A stretch of DNA of 64,000 nt from an uncultured Acidobacteriota bacterium (GTDB taxonomy: Bacteria; Acidobacteriota; Vicinamibacteria; Vicinamibacterales; 2-12-FULL-66-21), in the NCBI GenBank assembly GCA_963764925.1, contig CAVXUR010000004.1, positions 425,478 to 489,477 on the forward strand. The letters run 5' to 3'. The notes beneath the pieces were generated by a model. The model did not search any database. It worked only from the letters and a program-made list of their open reading frames with translations, and was not told the DNA's origin. The position numbers and the translations under genes were made by a program. Shown here one piece after another: positions 19,178 to 28,147 of the stretch (position 1 is its first letter; each line of letters starts with the position of its first letter).

Positions 19178-22100
19178 CACAGCAGCTTCAGCCCCAATTG
19201 CAGTTGGCGCGGATCGTAGGTCGCGGTGATCGTACCGAAGCCGGCGGCGCTCCGATTGCCGTTCGGCGCGCGGAAGTTGGTCCGGTTCAGCAGGTTGAAT
19301 GCCTCGAACCTGAACTCGAACTGTGTCGTGCCAACCAGGTCGAACCGCTTGGCCAGCGACATGTCGAACTGCCAGAACATCGGGCCGCGAACCGAATTGC
19401 GCTCCGCATTCCCGAATGGCTGGCTCGGATCCGTCGGGAGAGCCACACAGGCCCGGTTGAACCAGTTGGCAATCGTGCGATCGGCGCCCGACGCCATCGG
19501 GTCGCAGGTGACATTCGGACGATAGTTGTTCGCGCCGCGGAAGTCCTGGACGATGCCGGAGACGACAAACGTCGCGCCGGGCGTGTAGGTGAACGTGACA
19601 GGCTCGCCAGCAAACATCGAGTTGATCCCGGCGAGCTGCCAGCCGCCGATGAACGCCTCCATCAGCGGTGAGGCGTTCGAACCCCAGCGCCGCCCCACTC
19701 CGAATGGCAGCGACCACACGAAGCTCGTCGTGCTGTTGTACGGCTGATGGTAGTTCGACAGCCCGAAGTCCGCGTCCATGTTGCGGAAGTCCTGCGGCGC
19801 CGGAAAGTTACCGTTCGAGTTCTCGAGCGACTGCGCGCCATTGTCCTCCGTTCGCGACAACGTCAGCGAGCTCAGGAAGCTGAGGGAGTTGTGGAAGCGC
19901 CACTCGAACTTGGCCTGAAGCGCCTGGTAGCGGGACTTTCCGCCGTTGAACGCGTACGTGATGTCCGAATAGGTCGGATTCGGGCGGCGGTCCTGCAGCT
20001 GAATCGTGCCGGCCGCGTTATTTGGAAACGCCTGGTTGTAGTTGGCAAACAGCAGCAGATCGTCGGCCTTGTTACCGACGTAGGCGACGTCGATCACCAT
20101 GTTGTGCACAATCTCGTGCTGGGCGGAGATGTACCAACTCTGCACCGGGCTCGAATGGAAATCCGACGGCATGTAAGTGATGTTTGCCGTCAGCGGGTTG
20201 AACGTCGACGGATCGGCCAGGCCAACCGGGTAACCCTGCTCCGCCGGCACGAACGATGGTGCCGTCGGCACGGTCTGGTTTACGACAGCGTTGACGACCT
20301 GAGGACCGTTGATCGGCAGGATGTCCCCGCCGCCGGCGCGGCTGAAGTGCACGTAGCTGACGCCGTAGCCGCCCCTGATGACGGTGCCTGGCGTCACGGT
20401 GTAGGCAAAGCCGAGGCGTGGTCCGAAATTGTTCCTGTCGGGGTTGATGAGCGCGCGATCGTAGGTCGACCCGTCTCTCGCGATGATCATCGAATTGGTG
20501 GCAGGATCGAAATTGGACAGGATGTTGTTCTTCTCCCAGTACGGTGTCGAGTATTCGTAGCGCACGCCGAGGTTGAGCGTCAGGTCGCTCGAGACCCGCC
20601 AATCGTCCTGCAGATAGGCGAAGTGCATGTTGCGGCGAAGGTCGGCGACGAGCACGCTGCTGAGCGCATACTGCGCGCGCAGGCCGAGCATGAAGTCGGC
20701 AAGGTTGTAGAGGTTGCTCGACGCCGCGCCGGCGGGCCGGCTGAACTGACCGTTGTAGGTATCCCGGCCGTACAGCGGATTGACGTCCTGCACCTGCGTA
20801 TCGATCTTCTGGAACTCGTAGCCGCTCTTGAACGAATGCGCGTTCATCGTCCAGGTGTAGTTCACCTTCGGGTTGTAGACGGTCGGGTACTGCCATTGTG
20901 GGTTGGTCGCCTGGCGGCCCAGATCGGAGTACCCCGTGATCAACTGCGTCGGCAGCCCGCCGGCGATCCGATCGTCGGTCGGCAGGCCGGGCAGCCCGAA
21001 CTGGTCGAGCGCGCTGTCGGTGCCGAGCGCCGGTGGATCCTTGCCGGCCTCGGTCCATGAATAGCCGAACCGCACCTCGAGCACTGAATTGGGGTTGGGC
21101 ACCCAGGTGCTGCCGAGCACGAACTGCCGATTGTTCGCGTAGATGTGACCGTTGCCGGCGCCGCCCGACGGCAGTGGAATGTTCGGCTGATCGTCGGTAG
21201 TCAGATCGCGGAATCCGTAGCGTCCGAACATCGAGAGATTCGGGTTCACCTGGACGTCCACCTTGCCGCCGGCCTTGTTCGAGTTGGCGGTGAACGCCTG
21301 CAGCGTACTGTAGTTGTTCGTCGCGCTCGGAAGGTTCGCGTCGGGCAGCCCCGAGAGGACTTCGCGCGCGAAGTTCGTCATCGGCACGGCCGTCCCGGCC
21401 GGGTAGACGACGCCGCTGCGCGGATCGCGAATGTCGACCGAGAGGACACCCTGCCGCTGCGCCGGCGTGGCGATCGTCGAAAAGCCTGTCACCTTGCGCG
21501 TCTGCCGCAGGCCCTCGTAGTCGCCGAAAAAGAACGCCTTGTTCCTGACGATCGGGCCGCCAACGACGCCGCCGAACTGATTCCGGTCGAGCTCCGGCTT
21601 GCCGGTCGTCGGCTTGAAAAAGCCCGTCGCGTTCATGCTCGTGTTGCGGTTGAACTCCCAGAGACTGCCGTGCACGGCGTTGGTGCCGCTGCGATAGTTG
21701 ACGTTGATCGTCGCGCCGGCGGCCCGGCCGTACTCGGCGCTCATGTTGTTGGTGACGACCTTGAATTCGCCAATCGCATCCGGCGACGGCTGCATCACCT
21801 GGTTCGAGAAACCCTGGTTGCTGGTGCCGTAGGCGTTGTTGTCGACGCCGTCAATCAGGAAGTTGTTGAAGGGGCTGCGCAGCCCGTTGACGTTCAGCGC
21901 GCCTTCGCGCGGCGTGTTGCCGGTCGTCAGCGATGACCCGGCGATCTTCACGCCGGTCGTCAGCAGGGCCAGCGAGGAGTACTCGCGCGAAATGAGCGGC
22001 AGGGCTCGCGTCTGCTCGCCGGTGATCACCTGCCCGCGCTGGCTCGAGTCGGTCTCGATGAGTGGCGACGACGCGGTCACCTCGACTCTCTCCGAGACCT

Positions 22101-22428
22101 GTCCGACAGGCATTTGCAGGTCCACGCGGAGCCGGGCGCCAACCTGCACGAGCACGTTCTCGACAAGCGCGATCGCGAACCCGCTCTTCTCGGCGGTCAC
22201 GACATAGAGACCTGGCTTGACCGCCGGAAACTCGAAGCTCCCAGTGTCGCTCGACGTCCTGACGACGGAGATGCCGGTCTCGACACCGGTCAGCGTTACC
22301 TTCGCTCCTTCCACGATACCGAGCGACGCGTCGCGAACCGTACCGACAACGGTTGCCGAGTCGAACTGCGCCCGCGCCGGCGCGGCGGACAGGATCACGA
22401 GCAGCGTACAGGCAAGACTGAATCGCAT
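19174..22428 (-). CDS. TonB-dependent receptor with N-terminal carboxypeptidase-regulatory-like domain
   Basis: Within ORF 19174..22794, the Met at 22428 is preceded by GGAGGTG (22435..22441). The signal peptide is [21 protein letters not shown], followed by [56 protein letters not shown] and then plug and barrel domains ending [10 protein letters not shown]. The frame is intact over 3.25 kb. Confidence 0.9.
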   Translation of the reverse strand: MRFSLACTLLVILSAAPARAQFDSATVVGTVRDASLGIVEGAKVTLTGVETGISVVRTSSDTGSFEFPAVKPGLYVVTAEKSGFAIALVENVLVQVGARLRVDLQMPVGQVSERVEVTASSPLIETDSSQRGQVITGEQTRALPLISREYSSLALLTTGVKIAGSSLTTGNTPREGALNVNGLRSPFNNFLIDGVDNNAYGTSNQGFSNQVMQPSPDAIGEFKVVTNNMSAEYGRAAGATINVNYRSGTNAVHGSLWEFNRNTSMNATGFFKPTTGKPELDRNQFGGVVGGPIVRNKAFFFGDYEGLRQTRKVTGFSTIATPAQRQGVLSVDIRDPRSGVVYPAGTAVPMTNFAREVLSGLPDANLPSATNNYSTLQAFTANSNKAGGKVDVQVNPNLSMFGRYGFRDLTTDDQPNIPLPSGGAGNGHIYANNRQFVLGSTWVPNPNSVLEVRFGYSWTEAGKDPPALGTDSALDQFGLPGLPTDDRIAGGLPTQLITGYSDLGRQATNPQWQYPTVYNPKVNYTWTMNAHSFKSGYEFQKIDTQVQDVNPLYGRDTYNGQFSRPAGAASSNLYNLADFMLGLRAQYALSSVLVADLRRNMHFAYLQDDWRVSSDLTLNLGVRYEYSTPYWEKNNILSNFDPATNSMIIARDGSTYDRALINPDRNNFGPRLGFAYTVTPGTVIRGGYGVSYVHFSRAGGGDILPINGPQVVNAVVNQTVPTAPSFVPAEQGYPVGLADPSTFNPLTANITYMPSDFHSSPVQSWYISAQHEIVHNMVIDVAYVGNKADDLLLFANYNQAFPNNAAGTIQLQDRRPNPTYSDITYAFNGGKSRYQALQAKFEWRFHNSLSFLSSLTLSRTEDNGAQSLENSNGNFPAPQDFRNMDADFGLSNYHQPYNSTTSFVWSLPFGVGRRWGSNASPLMEAFIGGWQLAGINSMFAGEPVTFTYTPGATFVVSGIVQDFRGANNYRPNVTCDPMASGADRTIANWFNRACVALPTDPSQPFGNAERNSVRGPMFWQFDMSLAKRFDLVGTTQFEFRFEAFNLLNRTNFRAPNGNRSAAGFGTITATYDPRQLQLGLKLLW

Positions 22429-22555
22429 TTGATACACCTCCACCCCCGCGAACACGCTAGCGGCACCATGCAACGGCTGTAACAAGCACGTGAAACAACC
22501 ACGCGACGCCGACATCACGCCTCTCCGTGCGACCATGGATGTAAGGAGGTACCCA

Positions 22556-23041
22556 ATGCCCGTCCGTCGGCAGCTGAACGTCGAACAGGAGATTGTCGAA
22601 GCCTTCGAACAAAGCGGCCAGATCACTGAGTACCTCGTGACGGTGCTGCCACGACGGCTCTGGCAGCAACCGTCGCCGACCGGCCACGGGCGGACAATAG
22701 CAGCGATGGTCGCGCACATCCACGGCGTCCGCAAGACATTTGCGAAGATGGGTGGCGCCGCGGTTCCGCCGTCGCTGGACCGCATGCGCGTCACTCAGAC
22801 GCAGGCCCGACGCGCCCTCAGCCAGACGAATGCGGCGCTGACGACGCTATTCCGCGACTCTCTCGGCCGCGGCGAGGCGCGTCTGAGAGGCCTGCCCCGT
22901 CGATCGATCAACATGATGGCCTACCTGATTCAGCACGACGCCCACCATCGCGGCCAGATCATGCTCCGCGCACGCGAGCTCGGCCATACGTTCACCGGGG
23001 CCGACGTGATGCGGATCTGGGGCTGGAAACGCCTCCCCTAG
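22556..23041 (+). CDS. DinB-family (DinB_2) metalloenzyme-like protein
   Basis: The Met at 22556 is preceded by AAGGAGG. Motifs include IAAMVAHIHGVRKTF and YLIQHDAHHRGQIMLRAREL, which form the DinB His triad. Confidence 0.85.
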   Translation: MPVRRQLNVEQEIVEAFEQSGQITEYLVTVLPRRLWQQPSPTGHGRTIAAMVAHIHGVRKTFAKMGGAAVPPSLDRMRVTQTQARRALSQTNAALTTLFRDSLGRGEARLRGLPRRSINMMAYLIQHDAHHRGQIMLRARELGHTFTGADVMRIWGWKRLP

Positions 23042-23049
23042 CCGGTCGT

Positions 23050-23430
23050 CGGGCAACGCGGATCGGATCACGGGACGCGGATCGCGCGGATCGGTCTCAT
23101 GGGACGAGGATCATGCGCGGATTCCTGCTGAGAAAATAGGACGCAGCGGAGGCTGCTGTCGCACAGCACTGCTTGCACGCCGGCCGAAGGCCGGCGTGGA
23201 GTTGAGGCGCGAGACCGGAATCGCAAGCCCATGGAGCGCGCTTGGACTTGCGATTCCGGTCGCTCGCCTCAACCCCGCCGCGCTACGCGCGGTGCAAGCA
23301 GTGTCGTTCAGTGTGAGGCTGAAACCTCTTGAATCCGCGTAATCCGCGTCCCGTTGCTCCAACGAGCGTGATCCGCGTCCCGTTGATTCACGCTGCGTCA
23401 TCCGGCTCCGATCCGCGCTCCATCACACCG
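23050..23430. repeat. Composite structured repeat, copy 1: nested-hairpin core flanked by inverted GCGGATC/GATCCGC arrays
   Basis: The core is 23167..23303. The outer stem is cactgcttgca/tgcaagcagtg. There is a hairpin cgccggcc-gaag-ggccggcg, a roughly 30-bp long stem (ggagttgaggcgcgagaccggaatcgcaag / cttgcgattccggtcgctcgcctcaacccc) and a hairpin ccgcgc-tac-gcgcgg. The flanks at 23055..23124 and 23330..23425 carry gcggatc and gatccgc(gtcccgt) units respectively. Confidence 0.7.
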
Positions 23431-23588
23431 CTCGTCCCGTTCCTCATCACACGCTCATCACAAACCGTGTCCGTTCGTTTCACACCCGCACACTTCCAAA
23501 CGAGATGCAGGGTGCTCACGTCTAAGCAGCCGACAACCACAACGTGGCGCGCGACGGCGAGTGGCGCGCGATCGAGAGGAGACGCGTC

Positions 23589-24134
23589 ATGCTCTCACTG
23601 CTGTCTGTCGGGCTCGTGAGCCTGGTGGCCCTCGCGGATCCTGTCGCACCGGCACCCTCGTCAACACGATCGCTCTCGCCGGCGCACGACCTGCTGCTCA
23701 CCGCGCCCGACCGTCGCGTCCGTGTGACCGACGCGCGACTGTTCTCGATTCTCGCCGAAGGCATGACGCGCTCGCGCACGTTCGCCTCGCTCGTCACCTC
23801 GCTCAATCGAAGCGACGTGATCGTCTACATCGAAACCACGATGACCTTGCCGAAGGACACGATGGGACGCCTGACGATGCTGCCGCTGGCTGGAGAGTAT
23901 CGCTACCTTCGCGTCCAGATTCGCAACGACCTGAATAGACGCGAAGCGATTGCGCTCATCGGTCACGAGCTCCAGCACGCATTGGAGATCGCCGATGCCA
24001 TCGATGTCCGCGACACGACGAGCCTGATCAAGCTGTACGAGCGAATCGGACACGCCACTAACGGCGACCACGCCTACGACACTGAGGCGGCGCAGAGTAT
24101 GGGTCGACTCGTCCGGCGCGAGCTGGCGGGCTGA
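23589..24134 (+). CDS. Hypothetical secreted protein with HExxH motif
   Basis: The Met at 23589 gives MLSLLSVGLVSLVALA (signal-like). Later, AIALIGHELQHALEIAD is a zincin-like HExxH. I recognise no family. Confidence 0.55.
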   Translation: MLSLLSVGLVSLVALADPVAPAPSSTRSLSPAHDLLLTAPDRRVRVTDARLFSILAEGMTRSRTFASLVTSLNRSDVIVYIETTMTLPKDTMGRLTMLPLAGEYRYLRVQIRNDLNRREAIALIGHELQHALEIADAIDVRDTTSLIKLYERIGHATNGDHAYDTEAAQSMGRLVRRELAG

Positions 24135-24202
24135 GCGAGCGTCTTTCGCAGCTCGCGGCTCGCCGGCAGCTGCCGACGCAAACGTGGCGAGCAGCGAGCC
24201 GC

Positions 24203-24243
24203 GTCACGTCTCCCGTTACGTTGTCGTTACGTGACAGTCACGG
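24203..24243 (+). promoter_or_regulatory. Four phased GT[TC]ACG boxes upstream of ppk1 (two exact CGTTACG 11 bp apart)
   Basis: gtcacgt at 24203, cgttacg at 24214..24220, cgttacg at 24225..24231 and gtcacgg at 24237..24243. They lie 25-65 nt before the ppk1 GTG (24268). Confidence 0.45.
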
Positions 24244-24267
24244 CCAGCCAGTACAAACTGGCCTACC

Positions 24268-26341
24268 GTGATCGCGACCGCTACGTCCCTCGACTCCCCT
24301 TCGCTTTACCTCAACCGCGAGCTCAGCTGGCTGGCCTTCAACGAGCGCGTCCTCGACCAGGCGCGGGATCGACGCCATCCCCTGCTCGAACGCGTCAAGT
24401 TCCTCGCCATCGTCGGGACCAACCTCGACGAGTTCTTCATGATTCGCGTTGCGGTCTTGCAGAAACAGATGCGGACCCAGCGCGAGCACGTCTCGCCCGA
24501 CGGCCTGACGACCGAGCAGCAGCTGTCGCTGGTTCGCGCGCGGGCGCGGCAGATGCTCGATCAGCAGGCCAGATGCTGGACCGATGCGCTTCGCCCCGAG
24601 CTCGCGGCCCACGGCATCAAGTTCCTCGAGCCGACTGAGTACTCGGAGGAGCTGTCGGCGTTCCTGGCCGGCTATTTTCAACGCGAGATCGCGCCGGTGC
24701 TGACACCGCTCGCGTTCGACCCCGGCCACCCCTTCCCGCACATCTCCAACCGGAGCAAGAACCTCGCGGTGGCGGTCAAGCATGAGGGGCGGACCAAGTT
24801 CGCGCGCATCAAGCTGCCACCGGTGCTGCCACGCTTTCTCCAGCTGCCGGCGAAGTTCACCGGCGGCGGCGTGGCGTTCGTGTTCATTGAGGACGTCGTG
24901 TGCGCCAACGTCGAAGCGCTCTTTCCCCGGCACGAGCATCAAGAGCGCGCACGTGTTCCGGGTGATTCGCGACACCGACATGGTGATCGAGGAGGACGAG
25001 GCCGACGATCTCCTGGAAACCATCGATCAGGGGTTGCGGCAACTCCGGCATGGAGCGCCGTCCCTGCTGCAGGTCGAAGAGCGGATGCCGCGTCGCGTGC
25101 TCGACATCCTCGTCGAGAATTTCGAAATCGACGATGACGTGCTCGTTCGCACGTCGCACCGGCTGGGATTCGGCGATTGGATGGAGCTCGTCGCGCTACA
25201 CCGGCCGGAGCTCAAGGATGCGGGATTCGCGCCGCGGATCGTCTGGGGACGCAATGACGTCGACGAGGTTTTCGAGCTCGTCCGGCACCGCGACTACATG
25301 CTGCATCACCCGTTCGATTCGTTCCTGTCGGTCGAAACGTTTCTGAGGGCCGCGGTCCGCGACCCCCACGTCGTGACGATCAAGCTGACGCTCTATCGCA
25401 TCGGCCACGATTCGCCGCTCATCGACCTGCTCGAGGAGGCGGCCGAGGCCGGCAAGCAGGTCGCGGTGCTCGTCGAGCTCAAGGCGCGCTTCGACGAGCG
25501 CAACAACATCACCTGGGCGACCCGGCTCGAAGCGGCGGGCGTGCACGTCGTCTACGGCCTCGTCAACCTGAAGACGCACTGCAAGTTGTGCCTGGTGATC
25601 CGGAAGGAACCGGATGGCATCCGGCGCTACGCGCACATCGGCACCGGCAACTACAACGCGTCGACGTCACGCGTCTACACGGATCTGGGCCTCGTCACGG
25701 CCCGGCCGACGATCGTCGACGACGTCACTAACGTCTTCAACTACCTGACCGGCTACTCCGGGATGACGGACTATCAGGAACTCCTGGTCGCACCGGTGAG
25801 CCTCCGGCGGCGCCTGACGGAGTTGATTGAGCGCGAGCGCGCGCATGCGTCGGAAGGCCGGCCGGCGAGGATCGTGATCAAGGTGAACAGCATCACCGAT
25901 CCCGGAATCATCCAGGAGCTCTACCGCGCCTCGCAGGCTGGCGTCCGCGTCGATCTGATCGTCCGCGGCATCTGCTGCCTGCGCCCGGGGATCGCGGGCG
26001 TGAGTGAGCGGATCACCGTGCGCTCGATCGTCGGCCGGTTCCTCGAGCACTCGCGCATCTACTCGTTCGAGAACGGCGGTGAGCCGCAGGCGTTCATCGG
26101 CAGCGCCGATCTGATGGAACGCAACCTGGATCGCCGTGTCGAGGTGCTCTGCCCGGTGATCGATGCCAGCTTGCTCGAGTACGTGCGGGACACGGTGCTT
26201 GGATCGTACCTGCGAGACACCGACCGCGCCGCCGTGCTCGGGCCGGATGGCGAATACAGGACGGCGGCTGCGGCCGACAACGTCGACCGGTTCAGCGCGC
26301 AGGATTTCCTGCTTACGCGGCACACGACCGACTACGCCTGA
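24268..26341 (+). CDS. ppk: Polyphosphate kinase 1 (one frame change at the C-run 24925..24928)
   Basis: YLNRELSWLAFNERVLDQARDRRHPLLERVKFLAIVGTNLDEFFMIRV runs to ...EALFP. The shifted frame then reads GTSIKSAHVFRVIRDTDM and continues through TIKLTLYRIG...VLVELKARFDE..N and HCKLCLV...Y.HIGTGNYN to GSADLMERNLDRRVE. This is a full-length PPK1 architecture. Confidence 0.95.
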
Positions 26342-26344
26342 GAA

Positions 26345-26530
26345 GTGGCAGCGGTGAGAGCCGTGCGAGCGAGCGCCGCGAGCGAGCCACGCGACCGGCC
26401 CACCTTCGCGCGGAAGGCGCTTCGGCGAGGTCCGCCGTAGCCTTGGCGGAGGCGGAAGCGCGCCGGCGAAGCGGCGCGCGAGAGAGCGTGTTGGGGAGTC
26501 CGAGGGGCAAAGCCCCTCGGGAAAGACTAG
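26345..26530. repeat. Hairpin-rich REP/MITE-like element, copy 2 (long form, inverted orientation)
   Basis: Its reverse complement reads ctagtctttcccgaggggctttgcccctcggactcccc..cacgctctctcgcgcgccgcttcgccggcgcgc, then a roughly 65-nt extra module, then gtcgcgtggctcgctcgcggcgctcgctcgcac. The terminal CTAG contains the sixA stop codon (26527..26529). Confidence 0.7.
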
Positions 26531-27027
26531 ACGAGTTTCCGCAGCATCTTGGGCGTGACGAACCAGCAAAGCTGGCCCTTGCCCTTCGGCGGGAAAACGG
26601 AGAAATCGATCCGGCAGATTGCGCCCTTTTTGAATGGCAGGGGCACTTTGGCGCCGATGAGGAAGGCGGCGAGCTCGCCCATGTTCGGCTCGTGGCCGAC
26701 AAGCGCGATGCGTGCCTTGCGCATGTGCTTGCCGAGCTCCTGAATCACCCCCGCGGGAGATCCCGCCGGCGTTAGCGCATCGGTGTTGGCGATCGGGGGC
26801 TTCGACTTCATCTCCTCCGCAAAGACGTCCGCCGTCTGTCGCGCGCGGACGAGCGGGCTCGACAGAATCTGATCGAAACCAATGTCGAGCGCGCTCAGGG
26901 CCTTGGCCTCCTTGCGCAGTCGGGCGATGCCATCGCTCGTCAGCGGGCGCTTGGAGTCATCGGGGTAATCTTCGCCGCGCTCGGCGGCCACGCCGTGTCG
27001 AATCAGATACAGCTCCAACGTCGCCAT
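26527..27027 (-). CDS. sixA: Phosphohistidine phosphatase SixA
   Basis: LYLIRHGVAAERG (RHG motif), SSPLVRARQTA and VGHEPNMGELAAFL. It is 166 aa with an intact frame. Confidence 0.9.
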   Translation of the reverse strand: MATLELYLIRHGVAAERGEDYPDDSKRPLTSDGIARLRKEAKALSALDIGFDQILSSPLVRARQTADVFAEEMKSKPPIANTDALTPAGSPAGVIQELGKHMRKARIALVGHEPNMGELAAFLIGAKVPLPFKKGAICRIDFSVFPPKGKGQLCWFVTPKMLRKLV

Positions 27028-27035
27028 TCGTGACT

Positions 27036-28010
27036 CTACCTCTGACCTGCGGCGCGGTCGAGCGGCCGCGCTGGTGCGCGCCGTACGGCGGGCCGCGCCT
27101 TGAGCGTCATCTTGAGCGCGCGCGCCCGGTGCGCCAGCTGCGGCACCACGACGGTGCGAATCGCGTCAACCACCTCGTTCAACCTGGGAATCGCGGCCAC
27201 GTAGCGGGCATGCAGGTGCCGGCATTCGTCTTCAAGCGCGCGGCTGATGACGTCGAGGCCACCGTCGGGCAGCGATCGGTTCGACGGCTGCTCCGCCTGG
27301 ACGGCGGCGACGTGCGACTGGAGCACCTGGAGATCGTGAAGGCGACCGAGCGTGTCCTGCGCGCGTTTGACGGCCCGAACCGGCGCGGACGCCGATTTCA
27401 CTCCGGCATCGTAGGCGAGCTCCGCCGCGTAGCGGAGCTTCTTGGCCGCAATCCGCACCTGATGCAGCTGCTCCGGCGCATACATGTGTCCGGCCGCCGC
27501 CAGTGCCGTCGCCAACGCCTTGGCGCGCTTCACGAGCCGCGCCCCGAGCGCGTCGCGCCAGGCTTCTGCGCCCGGCTCGGCCAGCGCCTGCCCTATTGCC
27601 TCCAGCCGCCGATCGAGCTTTGACACGTTCACATGATCGAGACGCTTGAGCATCGCGGCCCGGTGCGCGTCGCGTTCGACCACGACACGGCCGCGGACCG
27701 CTTCGAGCGCCGGACGCGGCAGCGTTTCGTTGGCCACGAGCTCGTCGAGGAGCTCGATCGTGACATCGAGCTCGCGAACGGCCCCGAGCGCCGACGTCAG
27801 TCGCCGGATCTTGCCACGCGCCTTGCGGCCTTTCGTGCCCTTGATGCCCGTGGTCAGCACCGGCACCGCTTCCCGCAGGCGCCGCGATGCGACCCGTGCC
27901 TGGTGCACACCGTGGGTGTCGCCGTCAACCGCATGCGGGAGATGGCGTTTGAGCGCCGCAGCGCGGCGCGCGAGCAAGCGGCTCGCGACAGAGGAGATTC
28001 GGCGGTTCAT
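27036..28010 (-). CDS. CHAD-domain protein
   Basis: Within ORF 27036..28106, the Met at 28010 gives MNRRISSVASRLL... The protein has repeated conserved-His helices: GVHQARVASRRLREAVPVL, LHQVRIAAKKLRYAAELA and LGRLHDLQVLQ. It lies 8 nt upstream of sixA. Confidence 0.85.
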   Translation of the reverse strand: MNRRISSVASRLLARRAAALKRHLPHAVDGDTHGVHQARVASRRLREAVPVLTTGIKGTKGRKARGKIRRLTSALGAVRELDVTIELLDELVANETLPRPALEAVRGRVVVERDAHRAAMLKRLDHVNVSKLDRRLEAIGQALAEPGAEAWRDALGARLVKRAKALATALAAAGHMYAPEQLHQVRIAAKKLRYAAELAYDAGVKSASAPVRAVKRAQDTLGRLHDLQVLQSHVAAVQAEQPSNRSLPDGGLDVISRALEDECRHLHARYVAAIPRLNEVVDAIRTVVVPQLAHRARALKMTLKARPAVRRAPARPLDRAAGQR

Positions 28011-28084
28011 GGTAGGATGACGGCTCAGATTTGGGAGAAAACGGCCAACAAAAGCGCAAAACTCGGGCCGGTTCCGCCAGTATA

Positions 28085-28101
28085 TAACGGCCATGTAACG
28101 G
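28085..28101. promoter_or_regulatory. Phased TAACGG-N5-TAACGG (= CCGTTA[CT] on minus strand) in the CHAD/ppx divergent spacer
   Basis: taacgg occurs at 28085..28090 and 28096..28101 (11-bp phasing). The minus strand reads CCGTTACatggCCGTTAT, the same core as the ppk1 boxes. Confidence 0.4.
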
Positions 28102-28147
28102 AACAAGCCCCTCGTTGATCACAGGGACCTCAGCCTAGCTGCCCCGC

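Noticed and set aside
19747-21936. Plus-strand ORFs of 437 aa and 263 aa
   Set aside because: Both are antisense to the intact TonB-dependent receptor and show no motifs.
22429-22794. N-terminal extension of the TonB-receptor ORF (1206 aa version), and likewise 36905..37372 for the LeuA-like ORF and 28011..28106 for the CHAD ORF
   Set aside because: The extensions lack signal or domain features and overlap neighbouring genes or spacers. Internal Met codons with an SD and/or a signal peptide give products of normal length.
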